A DNA stretch of 64,000 bases from Callorhinchus milii (lineage: Eukaryota): NCBI RefSeq assembly GCF_018977255.1, contig NW_024704742.1, positions 78,246,001 through 78,310,000 of the forward strand, given 5' to 3'. The notes beneath the pieces were generated by a model, which searched no databases, was not told where the DNA came from, and saw nothing but the letters and a program-made list of their open reading frames with translations. Of this stretch, positions 54,337 to 64,000 are shown piece by piece (the stretch's first letter is position 1; the number at the start of each line of letters is the position of its first letter). A program made the position numbers and the translations under genes.

Positions 54337-54416
54337 CTGGTGGGAGGTATTGGCAGCGTCCGCTGGAATTGACAAGAACATTGGTGTGGTAAGTAGCATC
54401 AAATCTATCATCAGCG
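54337..54416 (-). CDS. CHRNA8: nAChR alpha8 (alpha7 subfamily) exon 5, (S)[26 protein letters not shown](G)
   Basis: Manual translation; acceptor tttacag|C and donor G|gtaaat; 80 nt, the same as alpha7-family exon 5. Reading frame not shown by the ORF track. Confidence 0.93.
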
Positions 54417-56106
54417 CTGTAAATTGGAAAGGAAAGTACAAATTCAGATTGTTTTCATATACAATAATAAAACAATAATTCTCCATGAGATAAAGCACAT
54501 TATCAAGCTAATGAAATGTTTCAAAGGGCTTCACAAGATTTACTGTATAGTGTAGTGACTGAGTATTTTACAGGCGAATACACTTCCAACAGAATGATAT
54601 TGGTCCTCTGATTGCTCAGCAGAGGCACAACTCACTTCAGTTTTTTTTATTGTACTCAATGTAAACATTTCTCATTTCTTCATGCTCAATTTTAATGTCA
54701 CTTCTTGTTTGTGGAATTGCCAGCGCAGAGTTCAGCTATTCTTTTTGCCAAGATAGCAACCTACTGTTTTATATATTTATTCATAGTTTATTCAGAGATT
54801 GGCAACATTTTTTTGGATTAGATTATTAATTTTTTTTTCTACCTTAAGATTCACAGGTGAACGTGAAGGAATTGCCCTCCATTGGAATTTCAAAGAAACA
54901 TGGAGATTTCCTCCCAGTTAGCCTGGTTTATATTCCCCTCTTAATCCCAATTTACCCCAAGAATCAAAGGCTGTTTGACTCATTGTTAACCCTTGCATTT
55001 GATATCAAGTCATGGAGACATCTCAAAGCACTTCAAAAGATATTCTGTAAAGTGGTGCGATTGTTTGGGCAAATTCCACAGAATTCACCTCTGTGGAAGT
55101 GAATGTTTTTTGGGGATTGTTGGCCTGTACACCGGAGAAACTCCCTTCCCTTCTATTGTTATTTTTAATTGGGAAAAGTATTGGAGCACAATTGGTGCAC
55201 ATAGATCTTTATCCTATGTCTACACCTTCAGGACTGGAAGAAAGAAAATGACAAGATATTGCAAAATTGCCTACAAATTTGTTGCACTTTACAGTATATA
55301 CTCTGAAGTGCTTTGAGATATCCTTCCAACATAAAACACACTACCTCAATTATAAGGGTTATTATTATCATTGTTAAATTAATCATGAAGAAGGGTATAC
55401 TGTACATATTTTGAGCAGAATAACTTAAAAGGAGCACAGAGTAACTTTTATCTTTAATGAGATGAAAGTGCAGGCGTGGCCTGATAATGCTTGAACACTG
55501 CCAGATATAGGTAGGTGAAAAATTGAAATAGAATGAGGGGAATGACTGGATCATTTTTATATCTTAGACTGTAAAAGACGAGTCTCCTTGACATTCATTA
55601 GTAGGAAGTAGAACTTTTTTTTCCACAATAGATGGTTGTTAAGTGTTAATAATGCCGCTGGTCATTGTAAGATTCTTACTCACATTAAAAGATGAGATGG
55701 TATTGTTTTGAAACTGTAAGCATCTCATTTAGTGGAGACAGACACTAAAAAAGCTTACAGAAGGCACAATGTGTTGTTTTCTCTCTGATCAGTTCCAAGA
55801 GTTGAGGGTAGGCATAGTTATATAGGATCATAAATAATTCCCATTGAAAGGGCAAAGAATGGAGACAGGTATTGATTCTAGTGGAAATCTTTAAGGCTGT
55901 GTGGGCTCTTTTATCTTTGATATATGTACCAAAAAGGAGAAGATATCAAGAATTTATATTGCATTTATATGCAGAACCACTTTAATAAGGTGCAATTCTG
56001 CAATTTTGTAATTCTGAAATACAATTTGAATTTTTGTTTGTAAATGTTTTTAAAAAGAAAAACACATTTTCTGCTAAGTCATGCAAAACTTCCTTGCTGA
56101 GGAACC

Positions 56107-56431
56107 ATAATAATAATAATAATAATAATCCTTGCATTTGATATAGCGCTTTTCACGTCAGGAGGACGTCCCAAAGCGCTTCACAGAACACACTGTAAAG
56201 TGAATTGACTGTATATTTGTGGGCGAACGCGGCAGCCAATTGCGCACAGCAATGTCCCACAAACAGTCGTAGATTGAAAATGACCAATTTATTATTGTTT
56301 TTGGTTTTTGGAGGAATTATTATTAGGCGTGTGGAGTAAGGAAACTTGCCCAAGGTTTCGCACTGCCTGGAATTGAACTCAGGTCTCTCACTTGCAAAGC
56401 GAGTGCTCTAACCACTGAGCTACAGGACTCC
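56107..56431 (-). mobile_element. Young tRNA-derived SINE (same family)
   Basis: About ten differences from the 50915 copy by eye. Confidence 0.93.
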
Positions 56432-59400
56432 ACAGAAAGTTACAGCACAGAAGAAGCCCATATCGCTCAACGTGTCTGTTGTTTCTCCTAAAGAACATTC
56501 CTTTCAGTCCCATTTACCTACCCTTTCCCCATATCTGTGTAGTTTACTCAATTTTTGTTATCCAGCAACTTGGGACGTCATTCCACTATGAAAGGTGTTA
56601 CATAAATGCAATTTGTTATTGTTGTACCCATCTAGTTTCCTTCTGAAAGGTAATATGGATTCTGCCTCAACTACTGATCCCAGCCATACCCTTACCACTC
56701 TGTGCATGAAAAAAATCTCCTAACCACCCCATTTACTCATTTGCTAGTGACCATATATCGATGCTCTCTGATCTAGGAATTGGATGAAAACTTTTATGAA
56801 GAGTTACCTCGTCTTATTGGAGAATACAGGATACAGTATTAGCAAATGTCTCACACAAGGAGGCACACTCGAACATCAGAATAAAGTTTAATAAAAAAAC
56901 TCTTGAACACAAAGGCCAGGTCAGTTATGCTTTAATTTCTGTGTCATGATCACAAATTATGGATGATGTTGGATCCTCTGCTTTATCAGAACAGTACTGG
57001 TTGTCTGAAATGTTATTGTTGTAGACTAAAAATCTGTAATAGTTCCAATAAGAATATGATACTCCACTTAGAAAACAAATGCATTGCTTAAGCAAGTAGT
57101 TATATTCCTATAGAGCTATAGAAATTTACATTGACGTTACTATCAATGAAAGTTGGAACCTAAATTACTGGTATTTCATTATTTCTCAATATTATTCCTG
57201 CTTATTCAGATGAAGAATGTTGCCTCTTATTCTTTCACTGAACTTAATGGTCAGTGACTGGCTTCATTCACCTCCAGTTAGATCACTCAGTTTGAGGTTC
57301 AAGGAATTTCCTATCTGAAATGTTGATTTCTCCTTAATCTGTCTATCTGCAGATCTTGCTAAAATACTTTTCTTTTTTGGTCAGCCAGGTGTGTGACACA
57401 TATGGAAATCCATCATTTTGCTTGAGTATCCAAACTAGAGTTTCACATATGTATGACACCCTCCTGGAAATCTCCCTACACCTGGAATGGAACATGCACT
57501 CTCTCCCTGGAGGGACGCACCCCACTTACTGAAGTCTGGAGATTAGTAAGGACAAGATTTCAAAGGAATTCTAGACTGTACATTGGGGTACTGTTGGAGT
57601 TTAACTAGCTAAATCTGGATAGCTTGTCATTGAGAATATTGTCTGGCAACCTTTGTGCTGCTTGATCTGCTACCACTACCTGAAACATTAGAGCTTTAGC
57701 TTGTAGGAGGTTAACAGGAGCTGAGTGGGAAGAATCTCTGCCCCTAATGACTGTTCTGTCCCTCCGTCCTGCCTACAAGCAAGGCTAGGTGGTCTGTTTA
57801 TGCACACTTGTCTTGGAGCTCTAAAGCTCCATCTGGTTCAGGAAACGGACTACTGAGACCACCACATGAGATTGACTTGATTCCATCAATCTTTTGCCAA
57901 GTATGTCAACTTGGAGCTAGCTCAGCCTTACAGAAACCCTCCTTATCGTGATGCTTTTTGCACTCCCTCTTCACCTGTGATACAGAATTGATTTTACCAT
58001 CTATCTTTCCTGCCCACATTTATTCTCCAGAAACAAGTGGGAAAAGATTGTGCCATCTGACATGTCCAACAAACAGCTACCATATGCTATGTTTAATATC
58101 TTTATGTTTAGTTCTTTTTTAATGACAAACATTCTTGACCTCTCCATGTCCTCTGATCTCAATCATCTCCATTGGTAAACTTGTCTCCATTTGAAGCTCC
58201 GTTACATATTACATGTCTCCATTCTTTTCTTCTCAACAGCTACAGCATTACCTGTGTATAAAGCCTAAGTCACAACTTGAGTATTGTTTCTATATGTGGA
58301 TAGTCTCTACGAGCATCTTACATTCTTAAATGATGCTCGAAATGGCTTATTTATAAGCAATCCTTTTCTCACCTCTGAAATTGAAACATCTTTCTCTCTA
58401 TCTCTGATCTAACTGAGACTAGAAGGATTGCTTTTAAAAGAGCCAGCACAGACACAATAGACTGAATGTGCTATACATTTCTATGATTCTAACTTTTCTT
58501 GTCTTTATGTTGGCAATATTATTATGGTCATGGCATCTATGAACTTTACTCTCTTCTTCCTTCAAAGTTCCAAATGTATGGTGAAAATTTACTGTATAAT
58601 TAGTTAGTCAATAGAATGGACTAACTTGCTTTTATTAATGAAATGCTGACATTATTAATGAACTGCTGACAATCATTTGACATAATGAAGCAAACAGTAT
58701 TTATATGCCTATATTTACACAACATTGCATAATTGATAATTTATTTCAAATTGAAAAGATATGGTAGAATTACAGAGACCTGGAAGGTGAGTGCTGCCAA
58801 GAACAAGACAAGGTCATACTACTGGTAAGAGTTGTAGGGAGACGCTGATTGAGCTGATATCTAATTGGTAAGGGCAATTAACTGGATTTCTAAAATTAGA
58901 AACAAGTCCAGATCTCCCCCATGGAAGTGCTGATTCAGCTTTGTAGAAACCAGTTAAAGAAGTTACACTCTCATTCAGAGAAAGTACACTCAAACAGATA
59001 AATACCACTGTCGTAATAACTCACTGGATTGAAGTAGAAATCACACCTGTACTACATCTATTTGCTCTACTGTCATAGCATTTCAGAGAATCCAGAATTT
59101 AGTAAATTATTGAATTTAATCTCAACTTTGAAGCAAGTTTTCTTCAGGTCTGAAAAGATCTTACGGAGAACCTGTTTCTAAATTCAGACTGGTTCAGGAA
59201 TTTGCCAATTTTTTATAATAATCCTTGCATTCAATATAGCTTATTTGAGGCTGGGAGCGTGACTCAAAGTGCTTTGCAGAACTCACTGTAAAGTGTATTG
59301 ACAGTGTATTTTGTAACATAGATAAATTAGATGAAAGCATTATTCACTTACAGCATGAGGATATATCTAAAGGACTTAGGTTTGAAGTTAAGCAGGCTGA

Positions 59401-61290
59401 AACTGTATTAGAGATTCAAACATAATTTTGTTTCTATAGAGTACTGGTGGTTATGTGGAACAGAGTTTCAGCAAAATGGACTTAATGCTGTTTTGATTTA
59501 CTTCTTCAATAATTTATGTGTTTGGAAACAGTAAATAGGTATAGGTGCAGAGTGCTATGAGTTTACAGGACACAGCGTGGGGGGAGCAGGCCAGGTTAGA
59601 ATAGTAAATATATGGTAATATAAAATATTATGGAGTGTATTCTTGACTCACATAGGGGTTCTGTGAGTTTCAAGGAGCTACATAAATACCAAAGAATATG
59701 ATTATTAGGATGAGAGGGAGTAAGGAGTGGGTAGAGACTCATGCAGAGTATAAACACCTGCACGGACTGGTTGGGCTGAATGTCCTGTTTCCATGTTGTA
59801 CAGTTTGTGTAAATCTATATAAATCTCTGTAAACCAGTGAGCTTCCAGTGTGTAAACTGCAGCTCTGTCCACAGGACCAGCAGGGCTGCCCAGAGTGAGT
59901 CTATGAGACAAATGGCCTTTTCTCATTGTATGTTGTGAGGGCATAAATATAGAACAATTTGTTTATTTTCTTTTTAAAAAAATACTTAGATTATTCCGCA
60001 GGAGAACGGCCCATTTAAAAGCACAGAAACAATTCAGGGTGGAAGATTTAATTTCAAAGGATTCCTGGAGGGGTTATTACTTTGTCTCCACAAAGCATGT
60101 GAACCAATATCAAAGTCTGTCTGAACAGTGCTGATAGCAGCGTGTATCAAAAAGGTGAGCACAGCGAGATGGAATATGCCAGGACAGATGAGAAGTGCTG
60201 GAGAAACAGACAACTGAGGTGAGCAGTGGGGAATGATTATAGGCAGCCAGCAGCAGAGCCTCCATCTGTCTTGATCATTCACGCTGTCATCAAACTTGAA
60301 ATGTCCCAAATCGTGTGTGACCACCACAGGCAATGTCCTTCATGATAAGTCTGATTGCCAAACACGTTGCTTAGAGAAGGGAGAAGAGCCAAAGATCTTT
60401 AGTTTTTTTCATCGCAACATCCTGTGCAAATCACATGCTGGGATTCTTTCCTTCACAACTTAATATCCTCAAGGTGAAGAAGAATATTAAGTACTGGAAA
60501 AATGAAAAGTTTCTCTCATGTTGAGAACACTATCAAGCACACTATCTAGCTCTGCTCTGGCATAGTACGGGCAAAATGCAAAATAAAGCTTTCTGTATTC
60601 CAACTTTTGTATGCATTTTCCAACAAAAAACACAGTCACTAAATGTTACAGTATATCCTGTGAAGCGCTTCGAGAAATCTTCCCAACAAGAAAGGCATTG
60701 AATAAAATGCAAGGATTTATTTGTTATTACAGTACCTCAACAATGTGACTGAGCCCCAATCTGAGATTTTATGATATAGTAAACTATACATAAGTCGCAT
60801 CAGTTGGGACTATACATTTAATTTGACAATGCAAAGTATGAGGCTACCCAAAGCCTGCAGAAGTCACTACTTTTTATTAGACTTAACTCCACAAATTTGT
60901 GGAACATCAGCCTATCTGGCCTTGCAATGCCACTCTAAAGGATATAAATTTCAATAAGTTAATGTTGTGTAAATCCTGTTATCAAACAAACAACCTTCAT
61001 GTAATACCCATCTGCAGCCCTACTTAATCCTTTCTTTTGATGGTCAGACAGATATGTGACACATGCAGATACTTTCAATGTCCATGTTTTTTCAAACAAG
61101 AGATTCTAAACCAGTTCTACATTGTGTCTACGTATGTCTAACAACTACTCATGGAAATTTCCGTGTCTGGAAGTTAATGCGCACTTTCCTCCCTGGAGGG
61201 ATGCACCCTGCTTACCTAATTCCAAAGAGTATTAGGCCAGGTTTAATCCTTCTGTAAGTCACCCCATCATTTTAACCACAGAATAAAGGT

Positions 61291-61504
61291 AATAATAATC
61301 CCTCCAAAACCAAAAACAATAATTAAATTGGTCATTTTCAATCTACGACTGTTTGTGGGACATTGCTGTGCGCAATTGGCTGCCGCGTTCGCCCACAAAT
61401 ATACAGTCAATTCACTTTACAGTGTGTTCTGTGAAGCGCTTTGGGACGTCCTCCTGACGTGAAAAGCGCTATATCAAATGCAAAGATTATTATTATTATT
61501 ATTA
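61291..61504 (+). mobile_element. 5'-truncated copy of the young SINE
   Basis: Nearly identical to 51023-51244; lacks the tRNA head. Confidence 0.9.
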
Positions 61505-62934
61505 CCTGTACGGAGAGGAACAGCTATAATCCAGTTTATTTATATTTATTTCCTGGTTGTGAATGCTGCAATAAAAGAGTCTATCAATAACACATCCACA
61601 AGAAGCATCAGACCTGAAATTGCCAGTCTAGATACAGTTTGGCAACCAAACTCACACCAGTAATGCTGCTGAATATGTATTGTACCAGACACTCCTCAAT
61701 GTTTGATCATCCCTGCATAAACTGGAAGCTGACTCACAAACACAATAACCACAACAAATTACATCTGTATAGTGCATACAATTGTATAGTGTATAATGCC
61801 TTTCACACCGGGAGGACATCCCAAGATGCAGGACAAGCCCTGTCCTCCCCATTCCCCACCCCCCAATACATACCCCCATTCCATCTGTTGTTGATTTTGA
61901 CTGCCTTTTCATTAGACAAAGCACTTCGGGAAGCGGCCTTCTGTGAACTACGCTAAATAAATGCATATTGTTGTTGTTGCTGACAAAATGACTTATTTCC
62001 AGCCTCACATTACACACTTCATGTGAACCTAGAACTGAAATAAACATGACTTTACTTCTATTATGTTTGTAGAGACGGACTGTGCAATCTATACTCGTGG
62101 TAGATATATACACACTGAACACAGATTATAACACCAAAATAAAAATCTGAGGTATTAATCTGCGGATTTTGTTTCAGATTTTGTTTCAGACTTTGTTTCA
62201 GATTGATTTTGATCTGTTAGTGTCATACCCCTCTGCTCACTCCATTTGCTTGGCTGACACAAGTTTGTTGCATGCCTCATGACTCCTCCGTGCACCATCA
62301 GTGACCATGCCTTTTGTCACTATGCCCCTGATCTTTGGAATTTCCTGCCTCTATCCCTCTGCTTCGTCTCCTCTATACCACCTTAAAACCTAACTCTTCG
62401 ACCACGGCTATATTCAACTCCCTTTCCCCCTTCTCCCTTGCTCAGCATCAACCCCCCACCACTATGTAGTGCTCTGAGATGCTCACCCTTTGTGAAGTTG
62501 TTTCCCTTTTCTTGTAAGGGTAAAAAAAAATCTATCTACTTTCTCCCCATTCTCCCAGTGCCATACAGCATCTGGGCTCAGCCCGGTAGAGGAGGAACCT
62601 CTATACGAGCTGGGTTGCTGTCCACACATCACCGTCACCACCAACAACAACCTGCATTTATATAGCACTTTATATAGTGACAATCCCTATTGGCACTGTG
62701 AGTCAGAATCAGAGTGGCTGAGGATCTTCTAGAGGTTCTCCTGGCCCTCACTCCCCACCCACTCACAGCTTGATGCTCTGATAGGAATAATAATCCCTAC
62801 ATTTGGTATAGCGGGTTTCATATAAGGAGGAAATCTCAAAATGCTTCAGAGGATATACTATAAGATGGGGCGACTGTATTATGTGGGCGAATGCGGTCCT
62901 AATTTTGCGCACAGCATACACATGGAAGAGATAT

Positions 62935-63127
62935 ATGCACTCACAAACGTACATATACATACAGAGGAGAAAGAGACACACAGACACACTCACACAGACA
63001 CTCACAAACACATAGAAAGAGAGAGACACACAGACACTCACACACATAGAGAGGTACGCACACACATAGAGAGAGACACACTCACATAGACACTCACAAA
63101 CACAGAGGAGAGAGAGACACACAGAGA
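62935..63127. repeat. (CA)/(GA) low-complexity tract; a similar (TG) tract at 37268-37390 and 37555-37575 is split by an L2 3' end
   Basis: Direct inspection. Confidence 0.85.
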
Positions 63128-64000
63128 ATCTCAACAGCGGAGCCTCTGAATGGAGTGAAGGTCATTTCCCACTCATGCCACACTGCGCATATGTGTCTGG
63201 AACTGCCCTGCCCACATTTGTGTCACATAAACAGCGCGTGAGGTTGTTTCATAGCAGGTTTATAGCGGATGGCGCTGTTTATAGGAGATTCCGCAGAAAA
63301 ATTGCGGCCGCACTTTTCTATTGACCCAGGATATGGCCTGCTGGGAGCGATAGTTGAGGCAGAAACCACATTGGCTTTGAAAAGGGAACTGTATAAGTAC
63401 CTTAAAAGGAGTCAGTTACTGGGGAAAGGGCAGAGAAATTAAACTGAAAGGCTTGTTCTTAAGAGAACTGACACAGGTGTGATGAGCCAAATGGCCTTCT
63501 TCTGTTCTGTAAATTTCTAAGGTTCTATTGTTCTCAATGCAGGTCTAGTCCATATGGTGTACAATATATCAATCTAAATAAAATTACTGAAAGACTTGAC
63601 CATGACATTTTAATAACAGCAGTTGTACCAGATAACAACTAAAAACAAAAATACTTTATGTAATGCAGTATATCAAAGAACAGCACATTTTGCATCCTAG
63701 TTAGGATAAACCTAATAAAGAAAACAGTGTAACTTTTACAGAAGAAGACTGTTTATGATGATCGCAGCAAAAAATGACCTTTGTTATTCCCGTATAAAAC
63801 AGTGACCCTATGACAACATATCGGCTACTTCATTATGAATCAGCTACTGAACAGCTCATGACACCAACCATTTGGTAGGAAATTTAATGGGGAGAAATTC
63901 AGGAGAAAATCACTGAGAGTGCTTTATTACCGTTACCATTCATATCTATAAAACTGTCAGTTTTAAATATAAATCCTTATAAGTATACCAAGCGGATTTG

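Noticed and set aside
60034..60333. Possible decayed transposase or exon (also 49837-50127 and 14600-15200)
   Set aside because: No recognisable motif in the frames I translated; it cannot be supported without a profile search.
54417..64000. CHRNA8 exon 4 (W.PDILLYN) or earlier exons
   Set aside because: No matching segment found by eye; presumably beyond the window. TBLASTN would confirm.

Overview
This is eukaryotic (vertebrate) genomic DNA, not prokaryotic. The repeat complement (L2/CR1 LINEs, tRNA-derived and Deu-type SINEs, Penelope-like remnants) suggests a cartilaginous fish; this is an inference. The only host gene is a minus-strand alpha7-subfamily nicotinic acetylcholine receptor subunit, best matching CHRNA8. 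Six coding exons (5-10) lie at 54416-13176, all with GT-AG junctions, and exons 5-9 have the canonical 80/168/195/87/110-nt lengths. Exons 1-4 were not found and presumably lie beyond 64000. The rest is intronic or 3' flank, dense in retroelements. These include a near full-length decayed single-ORF L2 LINE with a 25-bp 5' tandem array, a CpG-rich leader and a candidate 5'-UTR intron, plus a 1.2-kb CR1 RT fragment. There are also young and old tRNA-headed SINEs, an unidentified ancient repeat family (six copies), a decayed 18S rRNA fragment with an inverted piece, and two long hairpins. I found no convincing novel multi-gene system; the best leads are listed as findings. Coordinates of decayed repeats are approximate, and repeat-family names come from recall, not a database search.
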